DNA of 62,573 bases, the filler included, from Rhabdomonas costata (Eukaryota), in assembly GCA_019059605.1 (NCBI GenBank). It is 40 parts of 40 records of this genome, joined end to end, with 100 filler letters (N's around TTAATTAATTAA, not from the genome) between each part and the next. Parts side by side here need not be neighbours in the genome. Positions count along the whole stretch, not along the records: positions 50,142 to 51,607 come from JAHMHO010015204.1; positions 51,708 to 53,173 come from JAHMHO010015205.1; positions 53,274 to 54,739 come from JAHMHO010015206.1; positions 54,840 to 56,307 come from JAHMHO010015207.1; positions 56,408 to 57,873 come from JAHMHO010015208.1; positions 57,974 to 59,441 come from JAHMHO010015209.1; positions 59,542 to 61,007 come from JAHMHO010015210.1; positions 61,108 to 62,573 come from JAHMHO010015211.1; 32 more parts are not named here. One strand, given 5' to 3'. The position numbers and the translations under genes were made by a program. The notes under the pieces are model-generated. The model was given only the letters and a program-made list of their open reading frames with translations, made no database searches and was not told where the DNA came from. Positions 50,042 through 62,573 of this stretch are shown in pieces; the stretch's first letter is position 1, and each line of letters begins with the position of its first letter.

Positions 50042-51714
50042 NNNNNNNNNNNNNNNNNNNNNNNNNNNNNNNNNNNNNNNNNNNNTTAATTAATTAANNN
50101 NNNNNNNNNNNNNNNNNNNNNNNNNNNNNNNNNNNNNNNNNGGGTGTGGTTACAGGTTTCGCATGACACATAGGGGGTGTTGGGCGCTGGGATTGTTGAG
50201 AAATTTCCTCTTTGTGCCGTGCGTTGTTACCGGCGTACCGGTATTGTCACAGCGTGCTCATCTCCAGCCGTCACCGTTTAGTCTTGTCCCAGTCACGTCG
50301 CGTTTCCGGACCACTGCATCTATCTGCCGTGTTCCTGATGTGTCTCCCTCTTCATTTTTCTTTTCGGGCTGGGCGTGAGATTCAACCGAAGCCACTGAAA
50401 ATTTCCAGCGAAAGCCAAACGTGTCCCCTGTAAAATGATGCTAATCACAATCGAGCTTGCCCCCTTGAGCTACTTTGCAGAGGTGGTATGTTTACGCTTT
50501 TGTGGGCGGAGGGCTCCTGCAGCCCCTAAAGATAGCTGTTGCTTGCACCTTAAGACAATAAATAATCACCCCACATGCAAAAAGAGGCAAAACAGGCAGG
50601 AAGAAGGCAGGGTGGAGGGTCCTTTTTTTTTTTTCGCTGTTCTGGAGATGCTTCCGGGTGCAGCTATCCAGCCTGTTTTGCCGGTCTTCGGAGCTTCATC
50701 AATAGTTGGGGACCTCACTGTGAAATGCAGGAGCAGTGGTGGTGGTGGGGGTCCACCGCTGGACCAATAAAACTACAGATCATCATCATCAGGTTCATCT
50801 CGAAGTGTTACCCTATTCGCTGAAGGAAACACCCCTTAGCACTTCAGGATCGGACCCGAACGGACGACTTGGAATGGACCTCAGAAGACGAGCTGGAGTG
50901 ACGGCTTGGTGGCGCATGCTTTGGCCTGGCGTTACTCCTGAGTTACTCGCTGTCCAGAAGTTCGGCATTCGTTATGTGTTGCCCAGGATACAGGTCTCTT
51001 TCTGTAGTGTTTGTGCTTGATTGTTTTCTCTACTTTTCGGCCATCCACTGTCTCACTCTCACGTTCAGCCCCTTTCTGATTAACTTGTGTCAACCGTCAA
51101 CCTGATGGCCAACTATGCCAGTGCCGGGGGGCTTCCCCAGCCCGCCTCACCGGCCATGCCCACCACCACGTCCCCCTCCGGGTCGTCAATGAACATCCTG
51201 TTCGCCTCTCCCGCGGTGAGCCCCTCGGCCCGCTCCACTTCTGCGGCCAGGGTCTCCCCAACTTACGCCCCTCCCGCTCCGGTCACTGCAGAAAAGGCGC
51301 CCCCCCCCGGGGGGGGGGGAAGCGATCGTGGATGATCTCTCGCAAAAAAGAATGGAATGGGAAGATTACTTATCTGATTCTGAAATCGAATGTTTCCAAG
51401 AGAATTGGGTAATGTTATCTTTTTGATGAGAGTTTGCAGTTGCATTTGCACTGGGTTTTTTAATGGTCTTCAAAGCGTGAATGAATCATGGAGCGGCGGA
51501 CTACTTCATCACACCGAAACTCTGCATATTATCGCTATGAACCCAAATTTCTCAAGAAATGAGCATCCCAAGGCAGTTTTTACCCTACTGCCTTCTCAAC
51601 CAACCCCNNNNNNNNNNNNNNNNNNNNNNNNNNNNNNNNNNNNNNNNNNNNTTAATTAATTAANNNNNNNNNNNNNNNNNNNNNNNNNNNNNNNNNNNNN
51701 NNNNNNNGGGGTGT

Positions 51715-51780
51715 GGGACTTTCTTTAGCCCATCCCCTCTCCCAGGAACCTTGGAGAGGGGATGGGCTAAAGAAAGTCCC
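51715..51780. repeat. Perfect inverted repeat, 28-bp arms (51715-51742 / 51753-51780), at contig start
   Basis: Exact reverse-complement arms immediately after a G/T-only tail. Confidence 0.95.
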
Positions 51781-51879
51781 GTGGGCCCCAGACGATTGGT
51801 GAGGTTCCGGAGGTCGGCTGAAGACTTAATGGAACCCCCAGATTAGCGATAAGCGAAAGAACTGCAGAGTGTGGAATGA

Positions 51880-53167
<1,288 letters not shown>

Positions 53168-53329
53168 GGCTGTNNNNNNNNNNNNNNNNNNNNNNNNNNN
53201 NNNNNNNNNNNNNNNNNTTAATTAATTAANNNNNNNNNNNNNNNNNNNNNNNNNNNNNNNNNNNNNNNNNNNNTGTTGGGTGTGTGTTGTGTGTGTGGAT
53301 AATTCCCTCAGAGCTTTTTTGTCCAGAGG

Positions 53330-54320
53330 CCGGTGTTCTATGGTGTGAACTCGAGTCAGCCCGAGGATGGTGCGCTTACCCTGGCACTTCAGCGAAGAAT
53401 GAGAAGGATCCCAAAGCCCATCACCAGAAATGTCGTAGATGCCTGGAAGAAGAGCCTGAGTTCAAATAGCTGGGAGGCTTTTCGGATGACATTCGCCCAT
53501 GAACCAGGACTGTGACAGCAATTTCGTACGTTTCGTGGTCTCGCCGTGTTTGCCTATTTTCAGGGGGCACTTGAGTTTCTGCAAGCGCTCGATTTGCTGC
53601 CCGGAACCACCCCTTTCAGTGGTTAATGGGTGAGGCCCACGCTGCGTGATGTTGTCCCTTTCGACGGAGAACGGCTTGTGGGGATTAGCCGCCGGATCAC
53701 ACCAACCTGATGTTCGTAAGCTGTCTCTCGGCGAGGAACTCCGTCCTGACACCCTACTGGCAATTCTCTGCGGGCACTCATTTGAATACTCCGACGTTCA
53801 GATGCTTAATCTTCTCTGGTTGTTGTGCGGATCGAAGACGCACCCGCCGTTCTGGACTGTTTGTCTCGGTCAATTGTCGTTTTATCGATGGTTTTGAGGG
53901 AGGCAGACGGTCTTTGGATCGTTGGATCGCCAGTCTTGTTTCACATTGCTTTGTGCTATGTTGGTGCGGGGTTGCTATTCGTGTCAATCCTTACTTGCCG
54001 ATGCTATGCTTGGTCCTAGCAGAACCTTCAAACGGATGTGTTCCGGCCCCTTACCACTGCATCTTCCAGGTCTTCCAGGCTCTACAGTGGGTGGATTTTG
54101 GGCTCACCCATTTTCACTGTCAGGGAATAGGGCATTGCCATGAATTGTATGGTTTGGTTTCAGACAGGTTGGACAGGTTTTTTCGTGCCGAAGGTCAGAC
54201 TGTGCGTGAGGATGTTTTCGCAGCAGGTTAACTCGGGCGGGCGGCTTTGCTATGCAGACTTCGCAATGAACTGCGAGGGAAGAGCAAAGGCCAGTTGGAT
54301 TGGTCAAGTGTGAGGCGATA
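53330..54320 (-). mobile_element. Heavily decayed non-LTR retrotransposon, zinc-finger region
   Basis: Frameshifted pieces LLR/ILT, CPTC and ETKPYNSWQCP near 54125-54225 recall the CxxC...ETxxHxxWxCP finger; many stops and no exon structure. Confidence 0.35.
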
Positions 54321-54839
54321 CGGCAGAGTCTTTTGTGCGTCAGAGCGAGCCGTGTGGTTTGGCCGTTGGGAGGGCAGCGCCGAGACGGGGGAGGTCCGCA
54401 GTCGAACAACATAGGCACACCACCTGCCTCCGAGTCGGCGAAATTCAACTTGGAGGCACCCGCAAAGCAAGGAGATCCTGTATGAATGACGCGATGGTTG
54501 AGCGGTTAGTGTCTATCTATGTTGTGCTGCTACTTTTGTGATATCTGATTTCTGCAGAGGGGCCTTGTATGATTTGTGGGATTCCGGAGGTGCTTTTCTC
54601 ACCCGAACCACACCCAACGGCGACCTTTGAGTGTGCAAGCTGGCGCGGATGCGCATTTGGGAAACAGCATGGATCTCGCTTCTCCTGTTAGCGCTTACGG
54701 TGTGTCCCATGTTTTTCCGGCTCAGTTTCACAACAACCCNNNNNNNNNNNNNNNNNNNNNNNNNNNNNNNNNNNNNNNNNNNNTTAATTAATTAANNNNN
54801 NNNNNNNNNNNNNNNNNNNNNNNNNNNNNNNNNNNNNNN

Positions 54840-56120
54840 TGTTGTTGTTGTACAGCACCACGGAAGGGCAGGAGTTGGCGAACCCATCACAAGTCACGGC
54901 AGGAGAGCAATCCCCGGCAGAAACTCTGCGAGAAAACAAAAGAAGAAACCACTTCACCGAACTCTCGCATGATTGTTTTTCATCCTACTTGGGTGGAAGA
55001 GCGGTACCTTCAGACCTTCAGGCAATTCAGTGAATGAGCAACCCATGCCCTCAAGACGAGCAAGAAATATCAGGTCGACGAAGGCACGCGCCAATAGCGG
55101 GCCACTGTTCGGAGACTAACGTGAAGAGAGAGAGAGAGAGAGAGCGAGTGTGTGTGTGTGTGTGTGTGTGTGTGCAAGTGAGGGTGAAAAGGGTAACGCT
55201 GAGCTCAAAAGCGAGGAGGGCGCCGAAGAAGGTTGGGAAGGGAAAATGGGATCAAAGGCAAGGGAGCACTTACTGGCAGACAAAGGTGTCGCTTTGCTTG
55301 GCGTCCGCAGGGCAGTCCGCGTTCACGCCGTCGCACCACTCCGCGAGGTCGCAGGGGCCCCCGGCGGCGCGGCAACCAACGCGGCCGGTCATCACTAGGT
55401 CCATGGGGCAGGCCGCGGAGTAGCCCGTGCACTGCTCCACAATGTCACAGGTGCCGTTCAGAGGCCTTAAGGAAAGAACACCAGGACCAAAGCGTGATTC
55501 CCGCAATGTACAAAAGAATGAACAATCGACCGTCACGGTCAGTGATGAGTCAGACGCAGCAATAGCCTAACGAAGAGGTGGCACGGTCCGCCTCAACGCA
55601 ACCCAACGCAATGGTGCACGCAGAAAACCTACGGCACAATGTGAACAAAACGCATCTGCATGAGAAAAGCAGTTTCCAACTCTCCGCGCCGCCGCCACCA
55701 CCCCACCCTGCGGTCTCCTACATGTACTTTTCACCTGTGTTTTTGCGATGTGACACGGAAAATAGAGAGAGGGAGCGAGACGCAACTTCCCAATTCAGCT
55801 TAATGGCCGAATTTCACCACAAGCACAAAAGACCAAAGCAGAGATGGGGAGCACACCTGCACACGGTGCCCGAAGGGACCATCTCGTTCGCAGGACAGTC
55901 GATGTCAGTCCCGTCGCAATACGCAGGAAGCTCACTGAAAGGGAAAAGATGTCCGCTAATACACAATTCCAGCTCGGCTCCCGCGACATTACAGAGCGAA
56001 AAGGAAAGGTACCATACCACAGGCCTGAGGCATTTCGGCACAGCTGTGTGGGGGAGTACTTCACGTCGTCTGGGCAGACATCGGAAGCGCCGGTGCAGGT
56101 TTCCGCGGGATCGCAGTCCC
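54840..56120 (-). CDS. Tandem disintegrin-like repeat protein; exons 56120-56018, 55934-55857, 55465-55274, 54925-54840
   Basis: Five copies of (CR)xxxGxCDxxExCxGxxxxCPxD; three phase-2 GT-AG introns, all in frame. Confidence 0.88.
55125..55174 (+). repeat. (GA)n(GT)n compound microsatellite in an intron
   Basis: Directly visible. Confidence 0.9.
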
Positions 56121-56407
56121 CTAAAAAGGGGGAAGGGAAGTCGAAGTCATGAGAGAACCCACAGAGAACTCACAGCAAGTCAATATAGAGCGGTACTCAG
56201 GGTGGAATATAATAGATGGCCCCAAAAGAGAGAGAATGACCGGCAGAAGGACGGCAGGTGACGTCCGAGGGGAGACCCACACAACCCAAACACACCACCA
56301 CAAAACANNNNNNNNNNNNNNNNNNNNNNNNNNNNNNNNNNNNNNNNNNNNTTAATTAATTAANNNNNNNNNNNNNNNNNNNNNNNNNNNNNNNNNNNNN
56401 NNNNNNN

Positions 56408-56610
56408 GCAGAGAGCGTGAGGTTGGCCCCCAGGCAGCGCGTCACGGTGCCCATCGGCAGAACCTCGGCGTCGAAGTTCAGCGGCGTGGCGTTGCCGGAG
56501 GTGTCGAAGGCCAGACACTTCTTGGTGTTCAGCAACTGGCCGGTGAGCACGCAGAAGTGGAGGGTCAGGGAGCCCGCAGCTTCGACCGCAGGGCGGTCGC
56601 AGCATGTGCC
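56408..56610 (-). mobile_element. 5'-truncated non-LTR retrotransposon RT fragment
   Basis: FCVLTGQLLNTKKCLAF...RCLGANL matches RT subdomains 6-7 (GxxLNxxK...LG). GC3-rich, with an abrupt compositional change upstream where YxDD would lie. Confidence 0.6.
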
Positions 56611-57124
56611 GAAAATGGCCAGGACCGCGGATTTGCGAAGCGAGAATTTAGCGAAGGGATCTAGTTCGCCAAATTCTGTTAAACAAATGATCCAGGTGTC
56701 CGGGGAGATATGAGTAAAGCACATAGATTGGTAGATGCGGATGCCGGAAAGGTAAAGGAAGGAAAGGTGCAAAGGTATTCTTTACCGAAGAAAAGCATTA
56801 GTAGCCAGTAAAAATGTCTTCCAGTGTAAGCCTTGACTGCTAGTTGCTTCTTTAACCTTCGAAGCGCCATATTTGTTTCCCTTTTCTTCAATTTACCGAA
56901 ATTTTTTTAGATGTCTGGATGGGTCTGGAGCTTTTCGACTCTCAATTTTGGCGTGGCACAGGCCATACAACAAAAAGACCTATTCTATCCTATTCTATCC
57001 CATCCTATCGTTTGATATCCAAATTGTGTGATTTATTTCGGTGTTGTCTTATGGAGTGGAGTGTGGCGGAACCCCAAATATAGGGCGCTTGGCTTTTTTG
57101 ACTTCTCACCGTTTCGTCTTCCAG

Positions 57125-57351
57125 ACGCTCGTACAGCACTTTCTTTTTATGTCTGCTGTTGAAACGGCTGGGGCCGAGCAGGGTCCGACAAACGGGCCGC
57201 AGCTCTTTCTGACCGAATCACCGGACATGAGTGCCCTGACCCCACAGCTGGAAGCCCACGTTGCGAAAGCTCCTTCAGTCGACCTGCAGGACCGTGCTGA
57301 ATTCGTGCAGCAGTTTGCAGAGTTCTGCTCCCTGCATTGGAAAAACTCTCT
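57125..57351 (+). CDS. Exon of an unknown protein
   Basis: CAG-preceded open frame TLVQHFLFM...FCSLHWKNSL followed by GT and a poly-T intron start. Confidence 0.4.
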
Positions 57352-57973
57352 GGTTTGCCGCGTTTTTTTTTTTTTGCGTTTTTTTGTGTTACTGTTGAGG
57401 ACCACCTTGTTTTCCGGTTCCATGGACCAAAAAGCTGTCACCCGTTGTCTGCTAACAAAACTTGGTCGGCTGAAAATGGCGTCGTGCGGAGTTGTATTCA
57501 TGACTTTCTAGCACGAAACGAGCGAATGTGCATTTCACCGGAGTAACCAGCTTACAGCTGACAATGGGTACCCGCCCAGTATCAATCCCTGTGGAAACCC
57601 AGGAACGAGCGGATCAACTCTATGTCAAAAACTGGCACGGGTTGTCTCCAACCTCTTGCCCACACCGTACTTCACGGTCGCCTCACCGTCGCCGATGCCT
57701 TTGGGTCAGTCACAAAACGCGGCCATCTCCGGTGGCTCCTTCTTGGTCAGTTTGGCTTCCGTTACCTCGATTTGATGATTTCTAGACTCAATGTGCCACA
57801 AATGACATTACGAGGCAGGACTCCGTCACGCTCAAACAGGCAGGCAAAAAGAATTAGAAAACCAAACCAACAANNNNNNNNNNNNNNNNNNNNNNNNNNN
57901 NNNNNNNNNNNNNNNNNTTAATTAATTAANNNNNNNNNNNNNNNNNNNNNNNNNNNNNNNNNNNNNNNNNNNN

Positions 57974-59420
57974 TGTGCCCTTGGGGGGGGGTGCGCTTCG
58001 GCGTCCGTGAGCACCACCACGGGCTCCTTGCTCCGCCGCGGAGTAACACTCACCGAGGACCGAAGCGCACCCCCTCCCAAGGGCACGCTACCCAAAAACA
58101 GTCCTGACTGGCTGGAGATGTTTGTGGGGGATTCCATCAGCTCAGAGGCAAGGCTACGCCCACTGTCATGAGGGAGGGCTGGGCTGGAGGCTGAGGCCGC
58201 GGCCCGGCGGCACTCCTGAACGTACCGCTCAAAGGCTTCGCCAGAGCCACTCTGACGCTCGGAGAGAGTTCCTGAGGAGAGTCTCGATGACCCCAGGGGC
58301 TCTGGTGACGCCTGTGAGGGTGTGAAAATTGAATTCACTCAAATCCCCACTCCAGAACCTCACCGCCCACCTGGAGGATACGCCTAAAACAGGGAAGGGA
58401 AAACCAGTTTGACTTGGTCAATTAAACCAGAAGTGTGAGGACAGCACAGCAACGTCAACATAAGAGCAAACCCGGGAGCCAGGGCGCCCAATTACTGCGA
58501 CCCTTATCATCATTCCCAACGTTTGCAGACGTTTGCAGGCAGAAACCAGCTGGACAGAGGCCAGCAAAAACCTTTTACTCTGGAAGCAGTTGTATTTAAG
58601 TGGGGGCAGTGTCAAACTTTCGGCACCGCACTTCTGATCGTTCAAGAATACAAAAGTGTTCAGCAGTGCCACAACCTCACAGTTTTTATCACCTCCCTTG
58701 CATACAAAAAAGTGCGTCTAGGAATACTCTCTCCTCTTTTTCTTACGCCAAAATACATGTGTCAGTTAGTCGCTGACACAGTTTACCTCTTTCCTGGAAA
58801 AAAATAGAGTCAAACCGACTGGTTCCCTTACTTCACACCGAACAGTGAAGGACAACCAATACGCACCTGTGCAAAGGCGAGGCCCGGACCGAGCATCCCC
58901 AGTTGGGTGGGGTCCTCAGGCGGCGTAGGTTGCCAAGCCACAAGCACCCCCTTTTCTGGGGAGGAGTATCGCAGCACAAGCCCAGGGATGCACCGCACCC
59001 GCCCCTCCACCTGTTTCGGGGAGGGAAGATCAGTACTGAAACCACACCTGCAATACGACAGTTCAGCCAAAGCGGCTAGAAAGTAGCGCACAAGAGACTT
59101 TGTTGCAAGCACGAGATTTTCCGGCCGATGGGAGCTGGGAAAAAGCTCAACCAATGGTGGTCACACTACCTGGGTCACCTGTACTACTGGTGAAGATATG
59201 AAGGTATGGGCATGCGGCTACAACTGCTGTTTCGTGCTGGTACCTTGCGAAAAACGCTTAGAGCGAGCCCAAGTGAAGGAAGCGCAAGAGTAGTCACATA
59301 AAAAACAAACTACACAAGCCCCACCTGCGCCTTCACCGCCTCAGTCACCAGCACGGGAACCCCAATCGCACGGCACCCCACCTTCTGCAGTGCAAGGGCC
59401 TCGCTGACGGATTCCCCAAC
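57974..59420 (-). CDS. Class III nucleotidyl-cyclase-like C-terminus plus Ser-rich tail; exons 59420-59325, 59010-58867, 58311-57974
   Basis: VGESVSEALALQ...GVPVLVTEAV parallels GDTVNxAxRL...ILxSE; phase-0 GT-AG introns. Confidence 0.5.
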
Positions 59421-59661
59421 CACCCCAAACACACCCACCACNNNNNNNNNNNNNNNNNNNNNNNNNNNNNNNNNNNNNNNNNNNNTTAATTAATTAANNN
59501 NNNNNNNNNNNNNNNNNNNNNNNNNNNNNNNNNNNNNNNNNGGGGGGTTTTGCGAAGAGGGTGAGGTACCATGTGGTCGATTTCATGTGAAGTCAGTGCA
59601 ACGAACCCGAGGCAAGCGAAGAAACACCCACCCACACCCATGCACCCACACACGCACACAC

Positions 59662-60750
59662 CATGGCCTCGGCGGGAGAAACCCCCGCGGCCCACAGCCT
59701 CCCCAAGGTCTTCGTACGCTTCTCAATCACAAACACCACTGCGGTGAGCCCAATGCTCTGCGAGAAGGAGATTGTGATGACGATCCCGGGGGTAACGAAC
59801 ACCGTAAAGTCCGTGTCTGGGCTGCCGAAGACACCTCGCGTGAGCTGCACTGCAGGCTGCGCCGCCGCAAGCTGCGCCGCGCTGGCGTTCACGGCGTGGA
59901 GCATTTCCGCCAGCAGCGAGGCGTAGGCGGTGTACGCCGCCTTCTGCACAGAGGCCGCCACCTGAGCAGCAACCCGCAGACAAGATATGCAGGACAAGGG
60001 CATCCAGTAATATCCATCCAAACTCGGTATTGAGGTCCCCTTAAGGCCACAAAGGAGCCCCTTTCAACAGAATCAGGGACACCTATGGGGAGGTCAGGTG
60101 GTCATCTTCAGTGTGGTCATCTTCATGGAAGAGGAACAGGAGGAAGAACAGAACCAGAAGCATTCACCTGAATCTTGAAAAATCACAAGCAATCACACTT
60201 TGAGAGGACAGTAACTGAACTCCCAGAGGCTAAAAATTATCTGTCTTTCCCGAGGTGGGGGCCCAAGTCTACCCTCACCGGTTGGGGCTAAAACAATGAG
60301 AGCGCCTGAAGGAAGGGGGTGCACCACCTTGAGAGATTGTTGATTGTTTTGTTCGCATGCATGGGATACTAGTGCTAGAAACAGAAATAAAATGAAGCAG
60401 CAGAAGATGCCGTGGTTTAGGCGCGGGCGCCAGGAAGCACCCATTGAGAATTGCCAGAGATGATTCAAATGGATCGCACGCCGTTGCAGCTTCGCACAAC
60501 CTCCCAGTAGAGTCCCATATCGAGTACAAAAAGCCCAGAACCGACCCTAACCATAAACCCCTCCTCCCAGCCCCATCAGGTGTAGCCAGACCTGCATGTT
60601 GGAGAGGTCCAGGGTAAGGCCCACGGTGCTGTTGCCCAGGAGCTCCGGGGTGATCGGGATGCTGGATGGGTGCATAAGCCGCACCGGAAGACTGCAGCTG
60701 AAACCCGGGGGAAGGTACACCATCCCCACCGTCCGGTCCTTGCTCCCTGT
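59662..60750 (-). CDS. ABC-2 type permease domain (ABCH-like); exons 60750-60592 and 59961-59662
   Basis: LDLSNMQ|V, FTVFVTPGIVITISFSQSIGLTAVVFVIEK..TLGRLWAAGVSPAE. Confidence 0.8.
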
Positions 60751-60807
60751 CTGCACGCAAGAGACAGGGAGCAAGAGAGAGATTGTGTGGGTGTCGGTGT
60801 GTGTTGG

Positions 60808-60958
60808 GCGCTCGCTGTTTCCTGACTGACTGCTCCAGACCACTGTGGACCAATAGCCGCACGCGCTGTTGGCCACACCGTGCTCGCGAGAGGTGCATTC
60901 GGAGCGAATGGTGCCGTGGGGTACCGGCTCACCGCCAAACCTTCCACACATGGTAACC
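60808..60958. repeat. Dispersed repeat, copy 2 (homologous to 27112-27278)
   Basis: Shares the 17-nt identical core GTGCTCGCGAGAGGTGC (60880-60896 vs 27195-27211) and collinear flanking blocks. Confidence 0.85.
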
Positions 60959-62573
60959 CCCACCCCCCAACACGCACACATAAGCAAACGCTTCGAGACC
61001 ATCAACANNNNNNNNNNNNNNNNNNNNNNNNNNNNNNNNNNNNNNNNNNNNTTAATTAATTAANNNNNNNNNNNNNNNNNNNNNNNNNNNNNNNNNNNNN
61101 NNNNNNNAGCACCGCCACCCTGCGGAGGCCTTGCGACGGGAAGTCTGATATCTGCAGTCGTCAGCTCAATATCAGATGACCCACGGGGGAATCTCTGGTG
61201 AAAACGGCGGGAAAGAACAGAATACCACAACTCCCAGATGGCCTCGAGGATCCCGCAGGTGGCGGCCCCAATGGGAAGGACAAGCATCTTCAATTCAGGC
61301 TGAAGAACAACTTGGAATTTGTGAAATGAAACAGGGCAGAAGGGAAATGCAAAAACAGTTTCGCCTAGCAAAACAACCGCATGTGCTTTTGAAGTTAACC
61401 AACACGCTTATTTTGAACAGAACAAGAAAATAGATCACAAAATAGATCGTCTGTACTGGGGCTGTCGTGGGCGCTTTCCTGGTTTTGAGTTCACATTACC
61501 ATCCATGTGCATGTTCTGCCTGGCTGCGGATGGGGGAAAAGGATTGTGGGGTGGTTTGAATATGTTATTATCTGCAGACTGGAGCGACTGAGCTGAGCTT
61601 ACTTTTCTATACTGACTGCCCCCAAAATGCGACGGATATGTGTCCCGCATGTCAGTGACGACTCAGTGACGACAGCACTCGAGAGCTCCACGTCTGACAA
61701 CGGCCGGGCGGCATTCTGTTGGCCGGGAGGGAGCCCAGCCCCGCAGAATCCGCAGCCTCGAGGATCCAGCCACAGCCACAGGTGGCCACCACAGAGGGAG
61801 GAGCTGCATTTCGGAATACCCAGTCGGCGACTGTTCAGGTGGAGTGAAAAACCGGGTGGAGTTGTCGGGGTAAAGACAGAAGAATCTCAGGGTAAAGACA
61901 AAAGAATCTCGCTGTGCAAGTTTCCTCTCGACGGACGGAGTGGGGAGGAGAAGGGAGTCGGCGCCATTTCCATTCTGGCTGGATATTGCCTTCAGCCGGG
62001 CCTGCGAGCAAACTGAAGCGAAATAAGATCTGAAAACTCGTCACCATTCCATCCATAAGAGTCCCAAATGAAGTCTGAATTGGTCACGTAACCAAAGAAC
62101 ACAGTTTCTCGGGAACGGAAGCGCAGCCCGTTTCCAACCCGCACATCACGCACATTACGCACAACACAACACAAGCCAACCTCTGAAAAGAGAAAAACCC
62201 AACAAAGAACGAGCACGCCTCGAGACCGCGGAAAAGAAAAAAAAAGAAAAGAGGTGCACATCAAGACACAATCACCGCAGGAGGGCATGCCTTTGTCCAT
62301 GGTGTCTAAGGTGCACCAACCAGCAACCCAGCAGCCCACCTACCCACCCACTACGAAAAACACCTGGGTTAACATTCCTGCCAAACACACAAGAAGAGCC
62401 TTCTCCCGGGTAAAATTGAATCGAGGTTACTAAATGGAAGGTGGTTGCTGCATATCGCCTCTCCAATCCCTATGGGCGTCCATGATGCCCATACGCATGA
62501 GCACGGAATCGTTATTGGGTTGCGGGAACATACAACGAAAAAGGAACGCAAACTCGTTGGTACCCCACACACC

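Noticed and set aside
53760-53790. Tyrosine recombinase GHSF motif on the plus strand
   Set aside because: The catalytic Arg is absent (GHSFE) and no other recombinase motifs are present.

Overview
This window is not contiguous DNA. It holds 40 unrelated contigs of about 1,459-1,471 bp, joined by 39 artificial 100-bp linkers (44 N + TTAATTAATTAA + 44 N), so nothing can be inferred from adjacency across linkers. The DNA is from an intron-rich eukaryote: short GC-rich exons, GT-AG and apparently some GC-AG introns, and microsatellites. A Euglena-like 5S rRNA fragment points to a euglenid (inference). G/T-only contig starts, C/A-only contig ends and fold-back hairpins suggest a whole-genome-amplified library. 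Recognisable gene fragments: CPA2/CHX antiporter, METTL24-like methyltransferase, BRAP2, NOP14, cytosolic GluRS, AP-1 mu, HisG, ATM, HAD hydrolase, MAP10-like protein, ABC-2/ABCH-like permease, tandem disintegrin repeats, two paralogous Cache-like receptor exons, a degenerate class III cyclase, and decayed hAT and LINE elements. The standout is a spliced, intron-containing DabA (DUF2309) gene at 6274-7741. DabA is the carbonic-anhydrase-like subunit of the prokaryotic DAB/MpsAB inorganic-carbon pumps. Here it reads in frame into a membrane segment, suggesting a eukaryotic single-chain DabA-DabB pump. All family calls come from motif recognition by eye; no searches were run.
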